36,054 nt of DNA from Chthoniobacteraceae bacterium (GCA_040081625.1 JBEBGD010000054.1:1-36054), one strand, 5' to 3'. Positions 9,116-18,303 are shown, numbered from the stretch's first letter. Translations and numbers: made by a program. The notes: a model not told the origin generated them from the letters alone.

Positions 9116-10279
9116 TCATCGCGCTGAGGGCAGCGTGTATCGGCGGCCTTTCCACTGCACGCCGGTCGTCGTCGTGCGGAGGCCGGAGTTCGCGCCGATC
9201 GCCATCATCAGCGCGAGGCCGAACGGGTGCAGCAGCGCGCTCAGCCACGAGGTGCGGAAGCGTGCGGCAAGCAGGATGCGGATCGCATAGATGATCGCGA
9301 TCCCGGCGAGCACGAGCGGCGTCGGCGAGCCTGGCACCGCGAGCGCCACGAACGGCCAGAAGAAAAGCCAGAACTGCGCAAAACCGACGACCAGGAACGC
9401 GACGCCGTCGTCCTCGAAAACCGCGCGCGCATTCTTCGTGAAGCCCTCCCACGTTTCGCCGAGCGAGTGATACATCCGGCACGTCGAGAAGTGCAGCGCA
9501 TCGCAATTCACCAGCCGCATCCCCTCGCCCATCCGCTCCGCCACCGCGCGGCCGAAGGCCACGTCCTCGACCAGATGATCGCACCGCGCCTTGTGCCCGC
9601 CGATGCGCTCGTAGCTCGCGCGGCGGAAAAAGAGGAACTGCCCGTTCGCCGCGCCGAGCATCCGCAGCAGCCGCCGCGGCAGACGCGCCGCGAGAGTCGG
9701 ATGGCGCTGGAGCCACGTGATCAGCGCGTGCGGGTGAAAGATCATCCCGAAGAAGAGGATGACCGGGATGATGAGTTGCTCGCCAAGCGTGACGGTGATG
9801 AGCCGCGGCCACGCCGAGAGAAGATCGGCGCCCGTCATCTCCGCGTGCGCGAAGGCCGCGCTCACGGCGCCCGGCATGTGTCCGGTGTCCGCGTCGGTGA
9901 AAAGCAGCCACTCGCCGCGCGCGACCTGCGCGAGCTGATGGCACGCCCAGTTCTTCCCGACCCATCCCGCGGGCAACTCCGCGCCGCCGATCACGCGCAG
10001 CCGCGGGTCGTCGATCGCACGGAGGATCTCGCCGGTGCCGTCGTCGGAGCAATCGTCGAGCACGATGACTTCCAGCCGCGGCCAGTCCTGCGCGAGCAGC
10101 GAACGCACGCAGCGCTCGATGCAGCGCGCTTCGTTGCGCGCCGGCACGAGCACGGAGATCAGCGGCGCATCGGCGGGCAGCTCGGCCGGCGTGAGGCCGC
10201 GGAAGAAGGCGACGTTCACCAGTGCGCTCGCGAGCGCGAGCAGCAACGCGATGAGAAGGACGGCGTGGAAAACAATCAC
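9116..10279 (-). CDS. Membrane GT2 glycosyltransferase, CrtQ/HpnB-like clade (lipid or pigment acceptor)
   Basis: SVLVPARNE; VLDDCSDDGT; LPAGWVGKNWAC; LLFTDADT; ANGQF; LVED; C-terminal WKGRRY. Confidence 0.88.
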   Translation of the reverse strand: MIVFHAVLLIALLLALASALVNVAFFRGLTPAELPADAPLISVLVPARNEARCIERCVRSLLAQDWPRLEVIVLDDCSDDGTGEILRAIDDPRLRVIGGAELPAGWVGKNWACHQLAQVARGEWLLFTDADTGHMPGAVSAAFAHAEMTGADLLSAWPRLITVTLGEQLIIPVILFFGMIFHPHALITWLQRHPTLAARLPRRLLRMLGAANGQFLFFRRASYERIGGHKARCDHLVEDVAFGRAVAERMGEGMRLVNCDALHFSTCRMYHSLGETWEGFTKNARAVFEDDGVAFLVVGFAQFWLFFWPFVALAVPGSPTPLVLAGIAIIYAIRILLAARFRTSWLSALLHPFGLALMMAIGANSGLRTTTTGVQWKGRRYTLPSAR

Positions 10280-10290
10280 GCCACAGCTTC

Positions 10291-10357
10291 AACCACAGAG
10301 ACACAGAGAACACCGAGAAGCATTTTCGATCTCTGCGTCCTCGGTGTCTCTGTGGTT
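10291..10357. repeat. Miniature inverted-repeat element built from CACAGAG-type tandem units
   Basis: 14-bp perfect terminal inverted repeat AACCACAGAGACAC / GTGTCTCTGTGGTT, extending to 28 bp with 4 mismatches around an 11-nt loop. Confidence 0.8.
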
Positions 10358-10414
10358 CAAAACTCACCCGCAACTTGGCGGCGCGGCAATTCACGATTAC
10401 TGACCTCCCTGCCC

Positions 10415-11509
10415 GTGACCACGCCCGACCTCCGCCTGCCTGCCCTGCGCCGCTTCGCCGCGCTGCTCGAACCGCTCGACGACGCGCGGCTCGCCGCGCT
10501 CGCGCAAGAATCCGCCTCGGTCACCCGTAAACATTTCGGCCGCGCGATCCGGCTCTTCGCGCCGCTCTACGTCTCGAACGAGTGCATCAACAACTGCGCC
10601 TACTGCGGCTTCTCGCGCGACAACGCGATCCTGCGCGTCACGCTCGACGTCGCCCAGGTCGTGCGCGAGGCGCGCCACCTCGTAGCGGAAGGCTTTCGCA
10701 ACATCCTGCTCGTCGCCGGCGAGCATCCGAAGTTCGTCAGCAACGGCTACCTCGAAGCTTGCGTCCGCGCGCTCGCGGCGGAAGTGCCGAGCGTCGCGCT
10801 CGAAGTCGCGCCGATGGAGACCGGCGACTACGCCACGCTCGTGCGCGCCGGCGCGGAGGGGCTCGTCGTGTATCAGGAAACCTACGACCGCGAGACCTAC
10901 GCGCGCCTTCACACCGCCGGTCCGAAGCGCGACTACGACTGGCGGCTCGCGTGCCCGGAGCGCGCCTACGCGGGCGGCTTCCGGCGCATCGGCATCGGGG
11001 CGCTGCTCGGGCTCACCGACTGGCGCAGCGAAGCACTCGCGCTCGCCGCGCACCTCGATCAGTTGCTGCGGCGTTGCTGGAAAGCGCAGCTCACCGTGAG
11101 CCTCCCGCGCCTTCGCCCATGCGCCGGCAGCTTTGCGCCCACGCACCCGGTGTGCGACCGCGATTTCATCCAGCTCGTGTGCGCCTTCCGCATTTGCTTC
11201 CCGCAAACCGGCCTCGTGCTCAGCACTCGCGAGCCCGCACCGCTGCGCGACGCGCTGCTGCCGCTCGGCATCACGATGATGAGCGCCGGCAGCCACACCG
11301 AGCCCGGCGGCTACACCGGCCAGGGGAAGGACGACCTGCACCTCACCGTGCGCGGCCGCGCGGTCGAGCCGGAGTTCGCCGCCGAGCACGCGACCGGGCA
11401 GTTCGAGATTTCCGATGACCGCTCGCCCGCCAAGATCGCCGAACTGCTGCGCGCGCACGGCTTCGACCCGGTGTGGAAGGATTGGGACGCCGCGATTCTC
11501 GCCCGATGA
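10415..11509 (+). CDS. thiH: 2-iminoacetate synthase (radical SAM tyrosine lyase, thiazole synthesis)
   Basis: GTG start re-picked; LFAPLYVSNECINNCAYCGF (CxxxCxxC); YQETY; SLPRLRP; LSTRE; SAGSHTEPGGY; QFEISDDR; WKDWD; next to thiS. Confidence 0.93.
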   Translation: MTTPDLRLPALRRFAALLEPLDDARLAALAQESASVTRKHFGRAIRLFAPLYVSNECINNCAYCGFSRDNAILRVTLDVAQVVREARHLVAEGFRNILLVAGEHPKFVSNGYLEACVRALAAEVPSVALEVAPMETGDYATLVRAGAEGLVVYQETYDRETYARLHTAGPKRDYDWRLACPERAYAGGFRRIGIGALLGLTDWRSEALALAAHLDQLLRRCWKAQLTVSLPRLRPCAGSFAPTHPVCDRDFIQLVCAFRICFPQTGLVLSTREPAPLRDALLPLGITMMSAGSHTEPGGYTGQGKDDLHLTVRGRAVEPEFAAEHATGQFEISDDRSPAKIAELLRAHGFDPVWKDWDAAILAR

Positions 11510-11703
11510 AGATCGCGCTCAACGGCGACGCGCACGAGACGGCCGCGCGCACCGTCGCCGAGCTGGTCGAAGCCCTCGCGCTCCCTGCGCCGACGCTACT
11601 CGTCGAGCACAACGGCGCCGCGCTGCGCCGCGACGAATGGAAAGAGCGCGCGCTGGGCGAAGGCGACCGCATCGAGCTGCTGCGGATCGCGGCGGGCGGC
11701 TAG
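11506..11703 (+). CDS. thiS: Thiamine biosynthesis sulfur carrier protein
   Basis: MKIALNG...VEHNG...LGEGDRIELLRIAAGG; C-terminal GG; ATGA overlap with thiH. Confidence 0.93.
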   Translation: MKIALNGDAHETAARTVAELVEALALPAPTLLVEHNGAALRRDEWKERALGEGDRIELLRIAAGG

Positions 11704-14021
11704 AGACGTGGCACGAGCTTCGGCCTCCACGTCGGTTTCCCGAGCGCGTCGGTAGAGGTGTATTCGAAGAGCTTCGACACCGGAAACAGCAGCACGCCGG
11801 GCAGTCCCTTCGCGTTGATCCTCACGTCGAAGTTCATCTTGTCGTCGAGATACATCAGCTTGCCGTCGCCGATCATCGAGAAGCCCGGCGCCTCGACCAG
11901 GAAGTCCTTCGTCTCGATCACACCGTCGGCGATCGAGAAGCTCGCGCTGCCCTTGTCCGCGACGGCCTCGCCCATGCCGGGCACGATGCCATTGAGGATG
12001 AATGATAGCGGGCCGAGGAACGGGATCGCGAAGACCTTCCCCTCCGTCACCGTCAACTCGCCGCGCCCGCGCATCGAGCGCGCATCGTCGCCTCGGATAC
12101 TGAAGCCGTAGCGCGCCTGCAGCCGGCCCTTCGAGTCGTCGTAACCGAAATAAAGCTTCGTGAGCTTCGCGAAGTCCACGTTCTCGAGCCGCACGTCGGC
12201 GGAGTGATTTTGATCTTCGCGCCGCAGCGAAACGTCCGCCGAGCCGCGCACGCGTCCGCCAAAGAGCGACGCGCTCAGGTTCTCGATCTTCATTCGCGCG
12301 TTGTCGAAATCGAGCCGCGCGGCGATCTGCGGCGCGTGCAGTTCGCGGCGCAGGAATGTGTAATCCATCCCGCCCGGCGCATCCACATCCACGCGCAGTT
12401 GCGTCGTCGGCCCGGCGCGCGTGTGGACGACGCCATCGAGGAAAAGATTCGGCGGCTTCTTCCCGAACCGATACGGCGCGAGTTCGCGCAGCAGCTTCGG
12501 GTCGATCCACGGGATGATCTCCTGGGGGTGGAGAGACGTGCGGATCTTCTGCACCGCCACCTCATCGCGCGCCAGGTCGAAGACGAGCCCGCCATCCGCC
12601 ACGCCTTCCTCGCGCACGACGTGCAGCGGATCGACCGTGATACGCCGGTCCGCATACCGCAGCGTGGCCGTCGCCGACTGCGCCCACACGTCGCGATAAG
12701 ACGTGCGCCCGAGCTTGAGCGCGGCATTCCCCGAGAGGCGCACCGGATCGAACTCGCGCCCGGTCACCTCCGCGCTGACCAGCGGCGCGTCGAGGAACTC
12801 GACCTGCGTGAACCACTCCGCGGCCTTGCCCGTGAGGAGAGGCGCGAGCGTCTTCGGGTTGATCGTGCTGCGCAGCCGCGCGCGGAACTCGCCCGGCAGT
12901 TGCATCGCGTCGCCGGTGATCTGGCCGCTCCGGTGCGCGAGCCGCACATTGCGCGCGCCCCATCGGTCGCCATCCCACACCACGTCCGCGCCGAGGCTGT
13001 CGAAGATCACCGAGCGATACCCCACCCGCCTCGTGCCGATGTGCCCGAGCACGCCGAGCACCGGCGAATCGCCGAACGCCCCGCGCACCGTCAACTCCAT
13101 CTCCGGCGGATCGTAGAAGACGAACTCGTCCAGCTCCGGCACGCGCACAAATGCGCGCAGCGCCGGCTGCGGATCGAGATTCGAGCGAAGCTGCACCTCC
13201 GCGGACTTCGCCTTCACATCATAGCTGCCGCTTAGCCGCAGCACGCCCTTCGCATCATTCGCCACGAACTGCCGCACCGCCACGCGCTGATCGCGATACA
13301 GCGCATCGAGATAAATCCCGCCCAGCCGCCAGTCGCCGCGCCGCGCGTGCTCGGCCCACAGCCGCACCTCGACGAACACCGTCTCCGGCCGCGCCAGATC
13401 GCCGCTAAACCGGAAGTCGAGCACCGGCGGCTCGCCCTCATAGCGCAGCGCCTTGAGCTCCTCGACCGCACGGACGATCCCCTCCCTCGTGCGCTTCGAT
13501 GCGGAAGGCTTCGGCGGCTTCATGCCCGCCACCTCCGGATTGAGGATGCGGCCCGAAGCCGTCACCCGGATCCCATAAATCTCCGCCTCGAAGCTGCTGA
13601 GATACGCCTGCTGCGGCGGCAGGAACAGCCGCCCGCTCATGCCCCCCACCTCGACCTTCGGTCCGCTGAAATCCTTCGGATCGATCGGCAGCGCCAGCGT
13701 CGCATCGTGCAGATCGAGCGCATCGAGGAATGCGCGCCTGTTGATCAGATTCGCCCAATTGATCACCAGCCGCATCTCATCGACCGCCGCGAGCACCCGC
13801 TTGCGATCGCGCGCATCATACACCTTCACCTCCTTGGCGATGATCCCGCGAAAGGGATTCAGCGTCAGCTTGCGCAGCGTCAGCTCGACGCCCCGCTTGC
13901 GGAACTCCTCGCTCACCGCCACGCGCCACTTCCGCGTAAAGCCGCGATGATAGACATACCACCCCGAGCCGAGCAGCGCGGCGCCGGCGAGGAGGAAAAG
14001 CGCGAGGAAGAAGCGGCGCAT
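11700..14021 (-). CDS. AsmA-like (bridge-like) envelope protein
   Basis: Start re-picked at ATG 14021 (N-terminal TM anchor MRRFFLALFLLAGAALLGSGW); long beta-rich body; C-terminal FSIADGVIETKDF...GDGK...NFDVR...LGKPTWRP typical of the AsmA-like C-terminus. Confidence 0.8.
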   Translation of the reverse strand: MRRFFLALFLLAGAALLGSGWYVYHRGFTRKWRVAVSEEFRKRGVELTLRKLTLNPFRGIIAKEVKVYDARDRKRVLAAVDEMRLVINWANLINRRAFLDALDLHDATLALPIDPKDFSGPKVEVGGMSGRLFLPPQQAYLSSFEAEIYGIRVTASGRILNPEVAGMKPPKPSASKRTREGIVRAVEELKALRYEGEPPVLDFRFSGDLARPETVFVEVRLWAEHARRGDWRLGGIYLDALYRDQRVAVRQFVANDAKGVLRLSGSYDVKAKSAEVQLRSNLDPQPALRAFVRVPELDEFVFYDPPEMELTVRGAFGDSPVLGVLGHIGTRRVGYRSVIFDSLGADVVWDGDRWGARNVRLAHRSGQITGDAMQLPGEFRARLRSTINPKTLAPLLTGKAAEWFTQVEFLDAPLVSAEVTGREFDPVRLSGNAALKLGRTSYRDVWAQSATATLRYADRRITVDPLHVVREEGVADGGLVFDLARDEVAVQKIRTSLHPQEIIPWIDPKLLRELAPYRFGKKPPNLFLDGVVHTRAGPTTQLRVDVDAPGGMDYTFLRRELHAPQIAARLDFDNARMKIENLSASLFGGRVRGSADVSLRREDQNHSADVRLENVDFAKLTKLYFGYDDSKGRLQARYGFSIRGDDARSMRGRGELTVTEGKVFAIPFLGPLSFILNGIVPGMGEAVADKGSASFSIADGVIETKDFLVEAPGFSMIGDGKLMYLDDKMNFDVRINAKGLPGVLLFPVSKLFEYTSTDALGKPTWRPKLVPRL

Positions 14022-14180
14022 GACGCGCAGAGTCCCGCAAAGAACCGCCCGCCGCAAGCGCAGCATCCGTCCGCCACGCCGGAGCGGAGTCACCACGAAG
14101 AACGAGGCAAACAGGGTGCCCTCGACACACGACCCCTTCGTGCTTCGCAAATGATGTGGGGCCTGAAAGGTTATCCCCTC

Positions 14181-16328
14181 GTGAAAACATTCCCCGCCCT
14201 CCTCGCGCTCACGTGCGCCGCCCTCGCACAGCTCCCCGACGACTCCCGCCTCGCGCCGCCGAAGGATCTCAGCGGCGACTTCTCGTGGAAGCCCGTGGCG
14301 AAGGACGCGTGGCCGGCGCGCGCCGCGCACGTGAAGCAGCAGATGCGCGTGGCGCTCGGCTTGTGGCCGGAGCCGACGCGCACTCCGCTCAACGCCGTCA
14401 TCCACGGCAAGGTCGAGCGCGACGGATACTCGGTGGAGAAGGTCTTCTTCGAGTCGATGCCGGGGCTCTTCCACACGGGCAATCTCTACCGGCCCACGGG
14501 GATGAAGGGAAAGCATCCCGCGGTCGTCGTCACGCACGGGCATTGGGTGGATGCGCGGTTTTGGGAGAAGAAGGACGCGGACTTGAAGAAGGAGATCGAG
14601 GCGGGCCACGAGCGCTCGCTCATCGGTGGACGCACGATCTTCCAATCCATCGGCGTGCAGCTCGCGCGGATGGGTTGCGTGGCATTCGTGAGCGACATGC
14701 TCGGCAACAGCGACTCGCAGCAAATCAGCCAGGAGATCGCGCACGGTTTCAAGAAACAGCGGCCGGAGATGATCTCCGCAGAGGCCGGGAAGTGGGGGCT
14801 CTATTCGCCGCAGGCGGAGACGGACAGCCAGAACATCATGGGGCTGCAGACGTGGAATAACATCCGGTCGCTCGACTTCCTCGCCGCGCTCGACGACGTC
14901 GATGCGAAGCGGCTCGCGGTGACCGGGGCGAGCGGCGGCGGCACGCAGTCGATGATCCTCGCCGCGCTCGATCCGCGCATCGCCGTGGCCGTTCCGTGCG
15001 TGATGGTGAGCACCGCGATGCAGGGCGGCTGCACTTGCGAGAACGCGAGCGTGCTGCGCATCGGGACCGGGAATATCGAGTTCGCCGCACTCTTCGCGCC
15101 GAAGCCGATGGGGCTCACCACCGCGAAGGACTGGACCGTGAACCTCGCGACCAAGGGCTTCCCCGAGTTCCAGCAGCACTGGGCGACGCTCGGCGCACCC
15201 GACGCCGTGCAGCTCTTCAATTACCCGGACTTCCCGCATAACTACAACCTCGTCACGCGCGAGCACATCTACGATTTCCTCAACAAGCACTTCCGCATGC
15301 GCCTGCCCGCGGACCGGCTCAAGGAACGCGATTACGAACCGCTCACGCGCGATCAGCTCAGCGTCTGGAACGCGCAGCATCCCGCGCCCGAAGGCGGGCC
15401 GCGCTTCGAGAAGAAGCTGCTCGGCTGGTGGCACGAGGACACGCGCAAGCAGCTCGAGACGGACATCCCCGGCTTTCGCAAGATCGCGCAGCCCGCACTG
15501 GTGGCGCTCGTCGGGAACACGCTCGCCGGCGCCGGCGATGCAGAGGCGCGCATCCTCGGGACGCGGGAGTTCAAGCAGCCGGACAAGCCGAAGCTGATGC
15601 TCACCGACTTCGAGATTAGCAACACAACTCACCGCGAACAACTCCCTGCACGCGCGCTGAACCTCGCCGCGAAAGGCGAGCCGCTCGTGATCTGGCTCGA
15701 CGCCGGCGGCCGCAAGGCGCTCCTCGCCGATGGCAGCGCCGGCAACACGATCCGCTCGCTCGCCGCGCGCGGCGTCGCGGTCGTCGGGATCGATGCGTTC
15801 ATGCAAGGCGACTTCCTCGCACCCGGCACCTCCGACACGCCGACGCGCAAAGTGCAGAACCCGCGCGAGGCCGCGTGCTTCACCGCGGGCTACAATCACC
15901 CGCTGGTCGTGCAGCGAATCCACGACGTGCTCACGACGCTCAAGTGGGCGCGCGGCCTTGATCCCAAGCCGCGCCGCATCGCGATCATCGGTGTCGATTC
16001 CATCACCGCGCCGATCGCTGCCGCAGCGGCTGCCTTGAGCGGCGACGCAGTGGGCGCGCTCGTCGTCGATACCGGCCGCTTCCGTTTTCAAAAGACTCCC
16101 GACATCCGCGACGCGAGCTTTCTCCCCGGTGCCGGGCGCTTCGGCGACGTGCCCGGACTGCTCGCACTCGCCGCGCCGCGAAAGCTCTTCCTCATGGGCG
16201 AAGGTGAGATCGGGCCGGATCTCGTCACCGCCGCCTACGAGACCGCCGGTGTGCCGGACACGCTGCGCGTGAGTGCGCAGCGCGATCTCGACGCGGCAGC
16301 GAAGTGGCTGGTCGAGCAGCTCAAGTAA
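14181..16328 (+). CDS. Secreted acetyl-xylan-esterase-like alpha/beta hydrolase with a second, degenerate hydrolase domain
   Basis: GTG start with signal peptide; YSVEKVFFESMPG..TGNLYRP; HGHW; nucleophile elbow TGASGGGTQ; GGCTCEN; FAPKP; HNYN. Confidence 0.85.
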   Translation: MKTFPALLALTCAALAQLPDDSRLAPPKDLSGDFSWKPVAKDAWPARAAHVKQQMRVALGLWPEPTRTPLNAVIHGKVERDGYSVEKVFFESMPGLFHTGNLYRPTGMKGKHPAVVVTHGHWVDARFWEKKDADLKKEIEAGHERSLIGGRTIFQSIGVQLARMGCVAFVSDMLGNSDSQQISQEIAHGFKKQRPEMISAEAGKWGLYSPQAETDSQNIMGLQTWNNIRSLDFLAALDDVDAKRLAVTGASGGGTQSMILAALDPRIAVAVPCVMVSTAMQGGCTCENASVLRIGTGNIEFAALFAPKPMGLTTAKDWTVNLATKGFPEFQQHWATLGAPDAVQLFNYPDFPHNYNLVTREHIYDFLNKHFRMRLPADRLKERDYEPLTRDQLSVWNAQHPAPEGGPRFEKKLLGWWHEDTRKQLETDIPGFRKIAQPALVALVGNTLAGAGDAEARILGTREFKQPDKPKLMLTDFEISNTTHREQLPARALNLAAKGEPLVIWLDAGGRKALLADGSAGNTIRSLAARGVAVVGIDAFMQGDFLAPGTSDTPTRKVQNPREAACFTAGYNHPLVVQRIHDVLTTLKWARGLDPKPRRIAIIGVDSITAPIAAAAAALSGDAVGALVVDTGRFRFQKTPDIRDASFLPGAGRFGDVPGLLALAAPRKLFLMGEGEIGPDLVTAAYETAGVPDTLRVSAQRDLDAAAKWLVEQLK

Positions 16329-16334
16329 CGCCGC

Positions 16335-17177
16335 TCACGCGATCACATCGAGCGCGACGCCGAGGACAAACGCGACGCCGACCACGGCGTTCGCATTGAA
16401 GAACGCGCGGTTCACCGCGCCGATGTCGCGGCGCCGCGCGACGCGGTGTTCATAGAAGAGCGCACCCGCGACCGCCAGCAGGCTCGCGCAAAATCCGGCG
16501 CGCAATCCGGCGAGCCAGCCGAACCCCGCCAGCACGCCAAACATCGCGACATGCAGCCCGATCGCCCAACGCAACGCGCCTTCGGCTCCGCGCTTCACCG
16601 GCCATGAATGGAGCCCGGCAGCGCGATCGAACGCCTCATCCATCGTCGCGTAAATCATGTCGAAGCCGGCGACCCAAAGCAGCACCGCGAGCGCAAGCAC
16701 AAGCGGCGGCCACTCGAACCGCCCGCGCACCGCGAGCCACGCGCCGACCGGCGACACCGACAGCGCGAGGCCGAGGACGAAATGACTGAACGATGTGAAG
16801 CGCTTCGTGAGGGAGTAGAAAAACACGATCGCGAGCGCGACGGGCGCGAGCAGGAAGCACAGGCGGTTGATGAACCAGGTCGTCGCGACAAACGCAGCCG
16901 CGCTCGCGACCAGCAGTGCGATCGCGCCGCCGCGAGAGATGAGCGTGTGGCGGTCGGCTGTGCGCGGATTGCGCTGGTCGATCTCCCAATCGGCGACGCG
17001 GTTGAAGCACATCGCCGCAGTGCGCGCCAAGGCCATCGCAAGCGCGACCCACCCGACGAGACGCCACGGCGGCAGGCCGCGGGCGGCGACGAGCATCGCG
17101 CCCAGTGCAAAGGGCATCGCGAAGATCGTGTGCGAAAAGCGGATGAACCGCAGCGTGCGGCCGAGCGCGCCGGCCAC
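16335..17177 (-). CDS. ubiA: UbiA-family polyprenyltransferase (MqnP/'ubiA other' type)
   Basis: IRFSHTIFAMPFA; NRVADWEIDQRNPRT; YSLTKRFT; GFDMIYATMDEAFDR; AFFNAN. Confidence 0.88.
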   Translation of the reverse strand: MAGALGRTLRFIRFSHTIFAMPFALGAMLVAARGLPPWRLVGWVALAMALARTAAMCFNRVADWEIDQRNPRTADRHTLISRGGAIALLVASAAAFVATTWFINRLCFLLAPVALAIVFFYSLTKRFTSFSHFVLGLALSVSPVGAWLAVRGRFEWPPLVLALAVLLWVAGFDMIYATMDEAFDRAAGLHSWPVKRGAEGALRWAIGLHVAMFGVLAGFGWLAGLRAGFCASLLAVAGALFYEHRVARRRDIGAVNRAFFNANAVVGVAFVLGVALDVIA

Positions 17178-17179
17178 GA

Positions 17180-17710
17180 CTACGGCTTCTCGCTCTTGTC
17201 GTCGGATTCCTTCGGCTCGTCGAACATCCCCGTGAGGCGGTCATCGACGCGCAGATCGATCAAGCGCCAGCGGCCCTTGGCTTCGTAGAAATAGAAGCGC
17301 CAGCGCAGCGGGTATTCGTCGCCGAGGGAGAGATAGGTGCGCCTCATCAGCTTTGCGCCGATGTGCTTCGTCTCGACCAGCTCGTAGCCGAAGATCACGC
17401 CGAAAACTTCGATCGCCTCCTTCGTCTTCTGCTTGAGGATGCGCAGGTCCTCGGGCTTCTCGATCGTCTTCGAGCCCTTCGTCAGCGTGGCGTAGGCGTC
17501 GTCGATCTGGCCGCGCTGGAGCGCGGCGAAAAATTCTCCGGCCATCTGCGCGGGAATGTCGTCCGCAGCGGAAGGCGCCGCGACCAGTGCGGGCCGAGGC
17601 GTCGCGACCGGCTTCGGCTGCGGAGTCGCCACGGCTTTCGCGGCGGAGCGTTTTTCCGGTGCGGCGTGGACTGCGATGGCGAGGATGATGAGTGCGAGGA
17701 AGGGCTTCAT
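17180..17710 (-). CDS. Exported hypothetical protein
   Basis: Start re-picked at ATG 17710 (signal peptide MKPFLALIILAIAVHA); Pro/Ala linker; globular domain ending PLRWRFYFY..WRLIDL; ATGA overlap with the upstream gene. Confidence 0.75.
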   Translation of the reverse strand: MKPFLALIILAIAVHAAPEKRSAAKAVATPQPKPVATPRPALVAAPSAADDIPAQMAGEFFAALQRGQIDDAYATLTKGSKTIEKPEDLRILKQKTKEAIEVFGVIFGYELVETKHIGAKLMRRTYLSLGDEYPLRWRFYFYEAKGRWRLIDLRVDDRLTGMFDEPKESDDKSEKP

Positions 17711-18303
17711 GCGAGCAGGGCGGCGAGGCGCTCGCGCGCGGATGCTACGAGCGGCCAGCCGTGCGCGAAGGTGAGAACCTTGAAATCCCATCGCAAGAGC
17801 TTTCGCAGCGACTCGCGCAAAAGTTTCGGGTCCGTGCAGTATTTGTCGGGCAAAACGCTGAAGCCATGCGGCGGCAGATCGATGAGCGCATCGCCGACAC
17901 ACACGATGCCGCGCGGATCGATGAGGACGACCTCTCCCGGACCGGCGCCGGGAAGCGTGCAGACTTCGATCGCGTCGAGCACGCGTGAACCATCCGCGAG
18001 CGGCAGATCGACGCTCGTCTCCAATCGCGCCTCCGCGTGCGCGGCGAGCGGGACGCGGTAGTGGCGGCGGAAGGAGTCGGCGGCGCGCGCGTGGTTGCCG
18101 TTGGTGCAGACGATGAGTGCGGGCTGCCCGGCTTCTTCGAGCTCCGAAACGCCCGCGGCGCTGAGCGCGATGGGATCGATGAGCACGAGCCTTCCACTAA
18201 CGATCAGCGCGACCGAGGTGAGGTCGCACTTCACGCCCGGGTCATACGCCTGCCAGATCGCGAGGCCGGGCGCGACGATGTGGATTTCGTCAGCGCGCGT
18301 CAC
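17707..18303 (-). CDS. Metallo-beta-lactamase-fold protein with degenerate metal motif
   Basis: GTG start re-picked; VLIDP; CTNGNHARAA in place of THxHxDH; LPGAGPGE in place of PGHTPG; VGDAL; FAHG. Confidence 0.72.
   Translation of the reverse strand: MTRADEIHIVAPGLAIWQAYDPGVKCDLTSVALIVSGRLVLIDPIALSAAGVSELEEAGQPALIVCTNGNHARAADSFRRHYRVPLAAHAEARLETSVDLPLADGSRVLDAIEVCTLPGAGPGEVVLIDPRGIVCVGDALIDLPPHGFSVLPDKYCTDPKLLRESLRKLLRWDFKVLTFAHGWPLVASARERLAALLA

Noticed and set aside
1690..10279. Secondary-metabolite (type II PKS or aryl-polyene) cluster suggested by ketosynthase, GTs, methyltransferase and ABC transporter
   Set aside because: The ketosynthase is a typical FabF; there is no ACP, chain-length factor, reductase or dehydratase, and the genes lie in separate, opposing transcription units
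10280..10414. TPP riboswitch upstream of thiH
   Set aside because: No CTGAGA or ACCTGA core motifs; the structured sequence there is the inverted-repeat element
9227..16091. Very long ORF-track entries (760 aa at 9227-11509, 1463 aa at 11700-16091, 993 aa at 13347-16328) read as giant fusion proteins
   Set aside because: The N-terminal extensions are antisense shadows of real opposite-strand genes in GC-rich DNA. Recognisable protein begins only at 10415, 14021 and 14181.
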